Source: Botryllus schlosseri (Eukaryota). Taken from it: a stretch of 64,000 bases of DNA. Location: NCBI GenBank assembly GCA_051294905.1, contig CM119377.1:13454001-13518000 (forward strand), read 5' to 3'. Each line of letters starts with the position of its first letter. The stretch's first letter is position 1. Made by a program: the position numbers and the translations under genes. The notes under the pieces were generated by a model. That model saw nothing but the letters and a program-made list of their open reading frames with translations, searched no databases and was not told where the DNA came from. Below, in pieces: positions 1-13,709 of this stretch.

Positions 1-95
1 GGAAAAGAAAGAGGTATAGCATAGGCGTTTGGTTCAAATTAGTAAATTAACATTCAGTAGCCATAACTTCATCGCACCTTACCAATATCAGAATC

Positions 96-412
96 TTGGG
101 CCGATACAGATTTCGCCGATATGCCCTATTTTGGGCAATAAAGTCATTATTTCAATTAAATCTTTTAATTAGTTCTGTGAACTTATTATATTTACAACAA
201 AAATGCAACTCAATTGTAGTTAAGAAAACACAATTTTCGGCATTTTCAGTAGGAGGGGACTCCATATTACCCACATGAATTAATCCAGTTCCAGTAGTAG
301 CGAATACTTGAGCAATCGTAGGAGTGGCGGCGTCATTGAAAAGGGCGATAAATATCGACCGAAGTTAGCCGATACCGATATTTCTACGGATACATAAATC
401 GGTCGGACTGTA
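96..412. mobile_element. Terminal part of a MITE with gccgata/ccgata subterminal motifs (other end probably outside the window)
   Basis: Repeated gccgatac(a/c)gat motifs at about 100-125 and 350-400, ending in atcggtcggactg-ta. Confidence 0.35.
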
Positions 413-1134
413 TTTGCGTGTGCCGCATCGGTTAGAGCCAGCAATGATACGGGATTTCTCGTCTAAATTCTGGCTGACCTCTGGAGTGCATAACACTCAC
501 TCACGCGTTGACTGATAACGAAACGCATGGTTATCTATCTCCGTGAAAGGTTCAGTATGGCATCAGAGTAACACTTGCTAACGACGGGAAAACATGAGCA
601 ATTAGGACTTGATGAGATTCCATTATACACGGTTATTTACGTGCAGGACATTGTTAACACGATCGCTACCTAATAAAAATTCAACAGCGCGAAGTAGTTG
701 CTCATTCAAATATGTCCAGATGGTTCGGATCCAAACACGAAAGGGATGTCAGTACAAGGGGCATACTGTGCGAAACGCTCTCGGGCCAACAACGATTTAA
801 GGTAATATCGAAGGACACACATATGCTAGATTACATGTCTACAATATTTGAGGCATTCACCGGATATGGTTGAATGGACAGTGGACACTGGACATGTCCG
901 GAATAGGATAAAATAATATAGTACATCCTATTTCATTTTAGATTCCCAAACTTATTATGTCATCGTTACTCTGACCATACAACTATTTGAACTTGAACAC
1001 AGAGTATATTTTGGCTAGTATGCTAAGCCCAGATTAGTTCCTTTTGCTTTGGAATGGTATTGAATTATCGATGTATTGCCATGTTATAAGGTCGACTTAC
1101 TATCCATCAGTCGAGAGCGGTTGATGAGACATAC

Positions 1135-1345
1135 CTGTTGCGGGGATTTCTTGCTCCGTACAGGTGCTTGTTTTAGAATCTGACCCTGGCTTTATTTCCG
1201 GGTCACTGTCGATGCGCATTTCGTCTTGATCGTTCATTTTCATATCGCTGCACTCCGAAGATCTCAGGTTTGTTTCATCACCAGACTTTGCGCAAATATG
1301 ACTAAGGTCTACGGAACCATGAATCGGATTGTGATATTTGGTGTC
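1135..1345 (-). CDS. Coding exon (probably exon 4 of the same gene): DTKYHNPIHGSVDLSHICAKSGDE...TEQEIPAT
   Basis: Strong acceptor tttctctttatcttgccag|g, donor cag|gtatgt; 211 nt open only in phase 0, compatible with exon 3; low-complexity D/E/S/T composition like exon 1. Linkage across the 25 kb intron is inferred. Confidence 0.7.
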
Positions 1346-4034
1346 CTGGCAAGATAAAGAGAAATATGTTAAAGACTACGACGCATAATAAGCTATAATT
1401 TGAATGAGATGATAAATAAATTAATTCGCGCCTAATGCGCGATAAAGTACATTTAACTATATCCAGATACGTTCACTTTTGTTTGCAAGCAGGCTTTCGA
1501 TAGAGTTCTTCCAGGGGAACATTGTAAAATCAATGTATAGGATCCACTGTCGAGGTTCTCAAGTCTGAACTAAACGAATGTTCCTGACCATCCACAATTC
1601 TGCCGCTGTGGACAACATATCCAAGAATTTGGGTTAGCCGAGGTTAACTGTAATCAAATTACTATCCCTGATTGCCACCACGCGAATGTAAATGCGGTTT
1701 AATTATATCTCATGTGGATATGATTTAATGTTTAAGAAATTTGTAATTGCTCGCTAATGACTGGCAATGTATGTTGCGCCATAGTGATTTACTTCGTGAA
1801 GTTATCGCAACATCGCTTTTGAAATCCCCTTAATGTACTTGCCAATTGATATTGCTTGCTGACATGCTAACGTTTGCTCGGCTTACAAACGGATAATACG
1901 ACATACGCACCGCTTCCAAACGGAACGGTGTCTCTTGCAAGTCTAGTTAACCATCTTAGAATACGTTAAAGGCTAATTAGATATTTGTCTTGGTCGTAAA
2001 TAGAAGCTATCAACCGCGCGGTTGGAAGATGGCAAATATTGCCATAAATTCGTTGACCATTTCTTGTTAATCGCGCAATTCAAGGTAATGAGACAACAAG
2101 CGATATGATATAGGAGCGCGATTTCAACAGCACTGAGAAAGTTCCAAGTACCTCACAAGCACCATGCAGTTATAATCAATCTCTGAAAAAAATATTTACA
2201 AAACACAATGTTAGAATATCCGTGCGTTATACATTCACTATCCCTACCTTATGATGACGTGAATGTGACGTAATATCTGGTAAAATTATGCCCCTGGAAA
2301 AGTTGAGTGTGCACGGAGGAGAAAATTGTCCTACTTAAAATCCTTCACATACATACATACAGTTTGTCTTGTAAAGGTGGCGAATCTAACGACGGATGTG
2401 ACATATACTATTATGCGATACAAACAGGCACAGCAATGCTTGTACTACGGCCTACAGTACGTTGATGTGATAAATAATTATGTATCAGTAAAATAGAAGC
2501 AATACTGCTCGGGTATAGGCGAAAACGACGCAGCAAGTGTTGACTGGACACAATCAATCGACATATCCGCTAACAGCATCGTTTTATTATTCACAAAGGT
2601 AAAAACATTAATCCCTGTTACCCGTATGCCGTCTGCGGGGCATAAACGAACATCGTCAGACAAATCTACCACAACTTGTCGGCGGACCAATCGCTCCTCG
2701 CGGCATATCACATCTAACTCCTGCTACTCTTTGAACTTAAACTGTTGATAAGCAGAAATATCCTCCAATAAAATTAGAACTAATCGATTATGTCACCTGG
2801 AGACAATATTGGGTCACACATGAATGTACTCTTACAATGCAGCATGAGAACGTTGTGTGCCACAATATCGGCTATTGCGCAATTGTACATCCTTGGTTGC
2901 ATTTCTGAAACATTTTCACGCCTGCGAAATGTATAACGTGCAAAAAATTATTTGCATATTAACGCACCGAAAGGTGATAATTTCGTTAGAACTTGAGTTG
3001 GAGTCTACTCCAACGGTGGTTATCTTGACTACACCTCGAGCTTTAGCAACCGCGTGGTTACACAAATTTCAGATGCTCTACCGATCGCAACGACCCGTTC
3101 GCTGATGAGATATTGACACACTAATGAAGGAATAGTAATTAAATATTTGGACAAAGTTTTTCATTAATAAGAAGGTCGAAGGGCGTTTAAGGAATAAATA
3201 ACGAAGTCATTAATTCGAAGGAACGGTCGTACGATTGGCGTACCTTGTCATATGTACTAGCAGGTTTTAATAGACAATTTGCCGCATGTAGGTCTCCTAG
3301 CTTGTACTTGTCCCTCCTGCTACTACATTGTTCAAATGGATTCTAGATAACTAGCAGTTGCAGTATCCCACAACAGAATCCCTTGTTTGTGATTGGGCCT
3401 TTATAATTGAATGCCCTGGGAGGGAAATCGAGGACAGACGCAGTCCTAATTAGGCAGGCATACATTTGTTAATTACGCTTGCATTATTGAATTGGAGGAT
3501 CATTCTCATTATACCTCATTTACGGCGGTAGCCGTAACATTTAATTAGCTACTAATTTTCGACTCTGGTGTTGCATTACGGTCCTTATTCCTTCGACACA
3601 GAATATGGTCAAAGGTGAAAATGAATCTAGGACAAATGTTTCTACGAAAATCACGACAAAACAGCAGTCCTCCATACCTAGTTAGAGTAGAGAAGAAGAG
3701 TCTAGATTCCACAACGGTTTTACCTTATCCGACTATTATTGCGTCATCGTTATTGTGACGTAGCACTAAAACCGTGACCTCGTGCTGATAGTGATAGACA
3801 TTACTTTTATCTACTTTTTTGCAGCCAATACCCTTGCCAGCGAACCCGAACATTCGTTACCCAAGGCACTTTGTGTAATTAAGATATTGTGCCCGCGGCT
3901 CCGACGTTTTATCAACTAACGCAAAACGCTCCCAAGCAACGATCTTCAACTGCAATACAATTTAGCAGTAGATCATGAAGTCCACCCTGAACCAGTTCTA
4001 CTCAGAAATTTGTCATGACTGTGTCCACTGACCA

Positions 4035-4646
4035 AGGGCTGTTCAAAAGTAACTGTTTGTTCTGGATTCCAGCCATTCAGTCATCAAATTGTCAGGTTAC
4101 CCTGAAAAACGCTGCACACCAAATTTGGTTCAATTCTAACAAGTATAGGGCTCCGCAGATCCAATTAAAATTTTTAATTTAAATAGGAAAACTAAAAAAA
4201 AATTTCAAATTTTACTGTCAACCCCATGAAATTGTTGAGCTGTCTTCAGAGACGATGCAAAACAAATTTGACTCAATTCCAACTAGTAGAAGCGGAGTTA
4301 TTGGAGTTTTTCGTTGATAATCCGCGGATTATCCACCAATCAAGGATAATCCAAGAAATATCAACGAAAAATTTCAATAACTCTTTTTCTACTAGTTGGA
4401 ATTGAGTCAAATCTGTTTTGCATCGTCTCTGAAGACAGCTCAACAATTTCATGGGGTTGACAAAAAAAAATTGAATTTTTTTTTTAATTTTTCTATTTAA
4501 ATTAAAAATTTTTAATTGGATCTGCGGAGCCCTATACTTGTTAGAATTGAACCAAATTTGGTGTGCAGCGATTTTTAGGGTAACCTGACAATTTGATAAC
4601 TGAATGACTGGAATCCAGAAAAATAAGTTATTTTTTGAACAGCCCT
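4035..4646. mobile_element. Foldback MITE (hAT-like), near-perfect 612-bp palindrome
   Basis: Ends agggctgttcaaaa / ttttgaacagccct; 8-bp direct repeat actgacca on both flanks (4027-4034, 4647-4654); arms pair along nearly their whole length. Confidence 0.9.
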
Positions 4647-6698
4647 ACTGACCATTCATAAGTATCTAATTCACATATTCATCAAATGCCAACTCATCGG
4701 ATTGCTACCCACCGCGTTGGCTCAAGTAGATGTTTGGCGACGAAACTTCGTCTCATAGAAACTCAATGAAACTACGGAAGGGAACATCATCTAAACTTAA
4801 AGCCATTAACCGCTTAAAGCAATTCATTCTGGATTGATTGGGCGTCGCGCGAATTTCTAAACTGGGAAATAGTTGGGCTTCCGCCGACGTGAGCGAAAGT
4901 GTTTGATTAGGGCTACAAAATGATGCACAGAGGTCGTTAGGAGGATTCGACAAGCAAGGAACTTGTTAGCCGACAGCCCTGCAATCTTCCTATACATCCT
5001 GTCATTTGGTAATGGATAGGAAGCCCGACTAGCAAGCGATTGTGCAAAATAAACTACAGTTCCAAAGATGATTCACGTCCACCTGGCTACTTTGAGCTGA
5101 CTGTACGCATTCTGCATCAATTGGATTAGGATCGAGGAATGCAATGTATTTTCGATTAGGAAGGATAGCTAACATCCAGTGCACATTTTTCTCAGTGATG
5201 GTTTCGCAGCGTTTATAATTAGCAGCTGACTATTGCATATCGCTTGCGATTTATACGAACTATACATTGAATCAGATTTTTACTAGAAACTGCAGTCTGA
5301 TAATACGTGCCTTATTGTAAATGCATTGTGCTTCACCATTCAATTGAGTAATGTATCACAGGGTTGTCTTTGAACTCTTCATTTCCTGTCATATTAAATA
5401 TTTTGGTGTTTACTCCTAAAAGATTAGCGCGATTCCCAATAATGATATTTGGTATTTCGAAGTAGGCAAGGCACCGACAACATCTTATGTTCGGAAAGGT
5501 ACGAACATCTTTAGCGAACACCTACTGTTTATCAATATTCCACTTCAGAACCAACGATACAATCAAGACTAGATCGATTTCTGCGATCGGCCTTTGACGC
5601 ATATACTGCAGACTACAACGTACTCCCGCGTGTTAGCTGACAATTGCAACGCCACGAGTTTCAACTGGTTCCCTTTCATGCATATAATTTGCAACGTTTA
5701 ATTACGTGTAATCGGTATATTGCCGAATACGGAAGAGCAATTTTAGTCCTAAACACTAATGCTTTGCGATCGGTAACACACTTACATTTTCGTCCTAGAT
5801 AGTGGCACATCTGATGAGTACCTTAAATATTCCTACTGCCTATTGCATATATTCAATCAGCCTCTCCTTCGGAAATACACTCAACATGGATATCCGCCGA
5901 TGATTACATTAGTTCCATAGAGAAAAATTCACTGCTCAGGTAGGCTGGCAATAAAGCGCAATGTGAATGAAGACATTCATTCATACGCCACGCGCTTTTG
6001 CTTTTGATTAGCAATTTGAACCGTCTTTTCCTGTGCTTATGCTGTCTTGCTGTGGTTTCGCAGTCTAATTCTAGACATTGTGCAATAAATATGCATGCTA
6101 CGAGTAGTAGTTCACCGACCTCTGCCTCCCAAAAATCATTTCTTCAAAACACTGTATTTACTTGATAGAACAGTACTATCCAACGCACAGTTCATTGATC
6201 TGCGCCTCGCCAACTGGTAAGCGCCCGCTGGATGTGTGTTAAAAGCCGAGTGGCTCATGAATAACAATATTAATGAGGAAGTCAAATAACGAGCCTACGC
6301 CTAATTACGTTTTCCGCTGCCTGACAGCACACATCATTTCGCGTTATAATACTCGGCGCCTTAATTATCAGAATGGCGCTAATGGTAAGTGCCATACTAA
6401 ATGAATGGGTGTTCGTTTGGCAGCGGCATGCCTGCGTATCCTGTGTTGTAACCAAAACTAACCATGCAGCGCGTCTATGGTGTTCCAAACGCTTTAGGTA
6501 CTTTTGTAACTTAATTACACTTCACATTGTGATTACAGATACGATCTTTGTGTTTGTTATGATAGTCTCACGCGAGATGTAGCCAGTCGATGCAGACTTA
6601 AAGCTGGAGATAGTGTGATGAGTGTGACTTACAAATTGACCAGCAACGTGTATTTCATGGTTACAGAACTGAGCCGCAGACAATATCGTTCATACAAC

Positions 6699-7571
6699 CA
6701 GACTTGGACAACTAGATAATTCTAGTTGTATAATTTCACTAAATTAGAGCGAAATGCCGGTAATCTAATTTCAATCTAATTTGTGAAGTGTTCCAAGCTC
6801 TAATTCTAATTCTAATCTAATTTGTGAAATGTTCATATGCTCTAATTCTAGTTCTAATCTAATTTGTTGAATGCTTCTAAACTCTAATTTTAGTTCTAAT
6901 CTAATTTATTGTTTTCCTGAAAATGCCCCTTTTTCCGCGGCCTTTTGTACGGAGTTAACAAGAATATCCCTCTCTCACAGGGAAATCCAGTGCCAAGCCG
7001 CCATCGCATTACTTACACCGCACAGTCATAGTAGTTATTGTGACGAATAATAACCATGCTGGCAAGTGGCATAGTGGCTTGTAGCCATCGCAGAAGCCGT
7101 TTCAGATAATGAGGAATAGTGATGTTGGGCACAGGCGAATAAGCTATTTTGAAACAATAACAATCATAATTTGATACTGAAATCAATTTCAGCATTTAAA
7201 AATGCTTTACTTCACGTTCTTCCATAATCACAAATCAGATCGCCGGCCCCATCTGACCCGCGTGTTGGTTATTTCATTCAATTACCAAGTTTTTGCGAAT
7301 TCAGTAATTCTGATTCTAATCTAATTTGGAAAACACTGTGAAGCTCTACTTCTAATTCTAATCCAATTTGGAAAAATTTGTGTAGTTCTGATTCTAATTC
7401 TAATCTAATTTGGAAAAATTGTGTAGCTCAAATTCTCATTCTAATCTAATTCGGAAAAATTGTGTGGCTCAAATTCTCATTCTAATCTAATTCGGAAAAA
7501 ACTGCGTAACTCCAATTCTAATTCTAATCTAATTTGGAAAAGCTGAAAATTTTGCTAGTTGTCCAAGCCTG
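6699..7571. mobile_element. Non-autonomous hAT element with subterminal (tctaattctaatctaattt) arrays and internal cargo
   Basis: TIR cagacttggacaactag / ctagttgtccaagcctg; perfect TSD catacaac (6691-6698, 7572-7579); arrays at about 6765-6905 and 7305-7540; a fragment of the 13041-family at about 7085-7270. Confidence 0.9.
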
Positions 7572-10500
7572 CATACAACATAACCTCGAAGGTTACATCA
7601 CAATATTTCACTTCGTCACAATATTGTGACTTAAAATAGAGATGGTGCGTCCGAGAATTCTGCTACCGGTTTGTCGATACGCCTGTGATGTGGCAATGAA
7701 TTGCGTCTAATGTTTCAGCATTCGGACATTGCTAGTGCGTGCACGATCATATCACATCTCCTGGGAAGTATCATAATTCGTCTCTCAATCTATTATAAGA
7801 TCGGTGCAATTTTCTGATGAATTAATCTTCAAGCCCGTCGCGTACTGAACCTACATCACCCGTGAGGTCTGTTTGTTTGCCAATGGGAAGAGGGAATGAG
7901 GCCCTGTCGTTCGCAATTACGCGTGTTGATCTAATCTGACACACTTCTCGATTCCTGTAAAAACGGGAAACAGGTGCCGAGAGGTTGGGAAGAGCTCTCG
8001 CAATGAATTAATTAGGTTACACCGTAAAACACCAGGGATTTGCTACTTTACTGTCACCGCACATCAAAGAACTATAGGGTCATAGCGTGATTAGCATATC
8101 GCTAAAACTAACCGAAGTAGACAATTTGTACGGTACGGTCGGTATCCCCTTAATTATATGAAGGCGTACTCTATACATCAGTCTATTCGCTTGTAATGTA
8201 ACTTTCTGAGCTGGATGTAGATGCCCAATGCATTGGAAGTCGTTGTAACCGGTAATCTTCAATCAACTACTGAACACTGCAAGTGTGTGTTTTAGCTGCA
8301 ATTCGAGACCACCAATGTGACACCTACATCAGTATTATCCTAAATCCCCGGCCGCAAGATGACGCCCTATGAGAAACACAATTTCGGTGCAAAATAGCAA
8401 GGCAAGAGCTATAGCAAGAGCAACCACAGTGCACAATGCACATACTATACAGATCTTTAACACTAATATTCTGTCCTACGTATTCTTCCCAACAACTATG
8501 CACACGGAAAAGGCAAAGAGATCAATTACTTTATACTAGAACAGTGGTGTTCAAAGTGCGGCGCGTGTGCTCCCGGTTGATTTATTGTGTCCCACGATTG
8601 CCACCTTGGTTTGACCCTTTCGCAACACCCAAATAGCAAAGATTTCCAGTCCTCTTTAAGATTACAATGTTTCCTGGCCTATATACTTGATTCAGACCAA
8701 TTATTATTATAATCAGCAGATACCAGCTATCATGCGATAACAGTGGCGCTTGCTCGTCTTTCGATGGTAGAAACTAATATATAACAAAAATCAATGCCGA
8801 CATCTATGACGCAATAACTGGAGTAAAAATTGTCAAATAAAAGGTTGCTCCTTCGATTGGTAATAAATCGAACTGCATAATAGCACCGTCCACCGTTTCT
8901 TAAAATTCTCTACTTACAGAGGGTGGCAAATCCTTGAATACACTGTTAGGATTAGGAATATTAACGTTTCAAGTACGGGTGCGGCCAGCGAAAGCTTACG
9001 AAAGGTGCAACGCGGGCCCGTTAGCGAAAACGTTTGGGCAATCCTCTACTGGAAACTCACACCAAAGTAAAGTACTATATCGCAATCGCTTCATATTCTA
9101 TAACAGGAAACACGGAGAAAATAGAAATAATAAAGATATGGATAAAATAAAGAGAACTATCGCCTTGTAAAAATGGTAAACTATTTAGACTTGAAGCAAC
9201 GATCACACATAGCCTCCTCCTAGTTAAATCTCGGGTCCTACCTCTCCAACTAATTGTCATTAGCGAGCGCATGATGTCATTACTTTTACACAACTATAAA
9301 CTCAAGAGCACGCCTCTAGAGTCTAGATATACGATGCAGATACGAGATTTTGAGAGCGATTTCCACAGTCTTTGATGTCTCATTACGGATGCCATAGCCT
9401 GGTGCCATCGCGCGGAGGGCTGTGTTGTGTAAGTACAGTACAGTCACAGTGTACAGCACAGCAGGGAGTTAGGATTCTCACGGTAGCTTATTTAGATGAT
9501 TAGTGCTATCAATAACGTCATGATTGAGTATGAACTCTTGTGACATTTGGATATACCAACGACGATGTCGCACACTCCTTTGTATTGCTTTGTGACTCGG
9601 CGATTTGAAATGACATAGCACACGGCGGTGCATGTTCAAAGGAATACATAAGTCGGATATTATAATGCTGTAATTAAAGGCAAAAATCGCGACTCTCTGA
9701 AGCACAGTTGCTTTCAATCGGTATTTTCAACGCTAGTGGGTTTAATCCGTTACAGTCGGTTTGTGGCAAAGTAGAATACAATGATTCGACGCACCTTTGA
9801 TTTGCGTCACGGGGCGTTCGTGGGTGGTCTAACTCCTAATCTACTAGCAATATTACTTGAAAATTAATTTTTTCGGGCTTCCAGCTTGTCGTTTGCAAAC
9901 GACTTAGTGTTTAAGTATTTCTATACCTTCCGGGATGGATCGATTACGATTATGGATTTTCATTTTCCAACTGATTACGACCGTACGATTACGTGTTTAT
10001 TTCAACTGTTTCTACTATTATATCACCTCCACGCCTCGTGCTAAAAAGTGCCAACTTCATTGACTCATTCATACAAGGAATTCATAAAAATAAAAAATAA
10101 AACGGCTGAAACAAAAGCAGTGTGGTCTGCTGAGCACACTTTGGGCAATCATAAATCAGGGTATATAGGATATAAAGCACTCCATACAATCCAGTTTGTC
10201 CAGTTATCCCAGACAAAATGTCTTGTCTTGACAGTCGCAAAATACACCAGACATAAACCGGACACAATGTCACGGTAAGGAGAACGGTCCTTCTCGCACA
10301 AGATTCGACAACTTTCACTATTATTCTTATATTCAATTTCATACCATGATCATGTCCGTGCAGAAGTTTCCTTATGGTTATTAGTTTCATTATTATCCTT
10401 GTGTTCACTAGTTTTCTCGTAGATTATAGCCACACCTTCTACGACTTCCAGATTTGATATAGCGCAGCCAGCGCAGGGAATTAGCAAATTTTTACAGTGA

Positions 10501-11899
10501 AACAGAGTGGAAACACAGAACTTGGACTGACATCTTGATAGGACATTGTTATCAGAGTCATTTTAACCATGATTAGAAAGGGCGTGCAACTTTTACCCAA
10601 TGATTAAATATAGATAAGAATTCAATCACACAGCATTTGATATCCGTTTAATGATTCTCATCAGATTAAGAAATGAAAAAAGTTTAAAATTTCCGATCGA
10701 TGATTGGTTTATTGACATAGACCGAAGTTAATTCTTTGAAGGTACCATCGGTTGCGACAATCCAATGCATATCTTCACACGAATAAGATAGATGGGATTG
10801 TAATTGTCCGAGGCCTTGGACAGGAATTTCGGATTTCACACTAAAACGTGGTGTCATCACAAGCCTTGACTTGTATATTTTCACAATTACTTACTAGACG
10901 GCATAATGATTCAATTAAAGTTTGATGAAATCTGTGATAATTTAAACATGGTATCATCGGCGATGATAAAAGTACGTTGCACAGTCATCGGCCATTAGGA
11001 GAAATACACATAAATTTACGGAAACAATACTGTCACCCTCAGTTGATTTTCAAATTTTTCAAACAGTTAATTTGAACGGCATCTTCCTTGCGCAAGTTAC
11101 GCATAATCAACATAGCGCAATCACTGTACAACTGCGGACGTTAAATCTAATAAGACTTCCAAATGTGATGTTATGCAAGAAGGAACGGCTTAGAGACCCT
11201 TACGCGATTCCCTGAATTAATCAGAATGCTTTTACGACATTATTCAAATGACGTCGCATCCATTAGGGAGATGACATTGATTAAAAATTAACCCACGGAT
11301 TCATTTGTTATTAATCATCGTGATTTTATGTCTTCGAACACTTAAAACGCTACGAGTATTCCCGTTAGAGATCGGAGAAATTGTGACGCTCTGTAAATTT
11401 TCGCGACAAACCGAAACCGTAACCACACTTATACCCAGTAAAACTATCCCGACAATCGACCCACGGAATTGATTAGCTTCGAATACGTACCACTTTTCAA
11501 TTATAAGTTCCGGGTGATGTCATCCGAACCACGTCATATCATATCGTATACGTATCGATCCACCCTTATCGAGGTGTTACAATCCGAAACATACCTTCCA
11601 CACAGATGCACCTTCACAGGAGTTTGTGACGGTATGCATACATATACAATATCACGATCTGAATACGTCGTGCTTATCATGAGTTAAACTTTGAAAAGTC
11701 ACGGATGCAATGGTGGATCCAAACATTACTGACAACGGAAACACATAGATTTCGAAGCAATCAGAATTAACAAAACACTGGAATAAATAGACGTTCCAGA
11801 AAAAGCCTCGTCAATCGAAACCTCTTGATGATTGCTCCTATTTTTAATTTCCCATGCCAGTTACGTCGCGTTACACACGAAGATACCCAATGACTTGTT

Positions 11900-12195
11900 T
11901 TCCTTGGGAATGAATTAATCGGAACGCGCATGGACACAATCAAAACACGGCCATTCGCGGCCCTTAGTCTGAATTAATCAACCATATATTGCTTAACGAC
12001 TTCAAGTGCGCAACCAGATTGGCTTTTCAAGAGCGCTGTTGTGCGTCTTGCCTAATTAACAGGCAACAGAATGACGGCTTTAAAGAGTCATGAAAACATT
12101 AAACTCCCGAACAGTAATTAGTGTTTTGACTGCCAATTATCACGCTCTTAAGTGATCCGTCAGCGGCGCGTAGTTGTGTAATTAACCGACCTCCG
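11900..12195. promoter_or_regulatory. Candidate intronic cis-regulatory module (homeodomain-site cluster)
   Basis: gaattaatc twice (11912, 11971), ctaattaac (12052), gtaattag (12114), ccaattatc (12133) and gtaattaac (12178) in 300 bp of unique, CpG-rich sequence. Function is inferred only. Confidence 0.3.
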
Positions 12196-13040
12196 CTGCG
12201 AAGCGTAGGCAACTGTTAGGTACATTCCTTCAATGGCATCTCATCGAAATGGCGTTTATTTTAACCCGGTAATACTTGAATAGACGTCGTGATTACTCTA
12301 TGAACTGTTACAACACCGGCATTGCTGAGATACAATTGCATTATAATAGATAACCGAAATGTGTCTTATCTGTTAACGCGTGCTGGCGATTGGCGCAGCT
12401 TTACATACTCCCCTGATGCACGGTGTTCTTTTATTGGACAGTATGCAAAATTGCAAACACTGTAATACAATGGTGTGCAATGTATATATAATACAAAGTA
12501 TTCTTTTATTCCTCTAGCTAAGGTGTACTCTACTACTCTGTACTCGTTCGTGTACAAACTGTACGTACAGTAGGCTACCCTTGTACGTCTAAGGTCTAAT
12601 GGGTTTATTCATTGCCGAAACATGCATGGCGACAACACAGCAATTTGCTACCCTCTAGTGTGCAAAATCTTATCCTGCCCCGTGACGGAATATTTGAGTC
12701 TTTTATAAATAATTCAAATGCAGCGACCACGTAAACTCCCAATTACACGCTGTTTTTAACTTCAGCGAATGCGTCTCAAAGATGCTGGTAAATAAACATT
12801 GCGTGACGTTTAGCGTTATTATTTATCTGAAATTCAAGCGGCCTGTCTCAAATACAGAGTAAAGAGATGGATTAAATGAGCTCACTACAATATACTGTGT
12901 GCCTGTGTCACACATGGCCTCCAATCGTCAACAAGTGCAGCTACGTTAATTAGCAACACAGAAGTATCAATGAGGCAGAGCCATATAGACTGAATTTATC
13001 CGCTGTCGATACATGTTTTATGATAATACACGACCTATAC

Positions 13041-13709
13041 CAGGAGTCGCCAACTCAAAACGGGTCGCGGGGCATTTTTCAAACTTCGTGAAGGCCGCGG
13101 GCCTTCATGAATTCAATATCGAGATAGAATCAACCACGTTTTTAAAACGTTACGTCAGTGCAACGTTGTGCTCTCTAACATAGGCGACGGGCATAGTTAA
13201 AATTACAACAAAAGAAAACGATATTAAAATATCACAATCATCACTTTCATTCGATTTTGAACTATGGGCTACGCGCGATAGCTGACAACGCTTTTCTGCG
13301 ACTAAAGAATCGATAGTGGGGTTAGCAAAACACGGTAATTGCTGGAAAACTATCTCATCGTAAAGCTTGATCTTGTTGGGAAGCCCCAAGTCGTTTTCTA
13401 AGCGTCTCGGTCTTGGCAGTGTCTGGGCCATTGCACGTCAAGGCAATATGTCTAAGTCTATTCATATAAGTTAATTCTTCCTCCATGGAATGCTAGAACT
13501 ATCGCCGAAGCCTTATCAGCTATGAATAGCGTAAGAAATAGTGATGTTGGGAACAGGAAAACAGCATATTTTCAACAAGATCAGCAATATATTCAAACTG
13601 AAATCAATTTCAGTATATTAAAATGCTTCATTAAGCGTTCTAGCGAAATCTCAAATCAGATCGCGAGCTGCAAAATATGACGTCGCGGACTGCGTGTTGG
13701 AGACCCCTG
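13041..13709 (-). mobile_element. hAT (Buster/Charlie-like) deletion derivative retaining the transposase C-terminal tail
   Basis: TIR caggagtcgccaac / gttggagacccctg; TSD acctatac vs atctgtac (2 transitions); colinear with 27243-28088 in the opposite orientation; minus-strand peptide PTIDSLVAEKRCQLS (13277-13321) resembles Buster-type transposase C-termini. Confidence 0.8.

Noticed and set aside
689-801. Plus-strand exon-like segment (caacag| ... aag|gtaata) with one open frame
   Set aside because: No recognisable product or partner exons; such site pairs arise by chance in 64 kb.
2797-2920. Minus-strand exon candidate ending cag|gtgaca
   Set aside because: The open frame ends in phase 1, but the 1345 exon is open only in phase 0.
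4753-5521. Minus-strand ORFs 4753..4953 and 5333..5521 (IIIGNRANL resembles a GTPase G4 box)
   Set aside because: No compatible splice sites and no other GTPase motifs.
6760-7545. Regularly spaced repeats resembling a CRISPR array
   Set aside because: Eukaryotic context; degenerate tandem units without unique spacers; bounded by TIRs and an 8-bp TSD; no cas genes.
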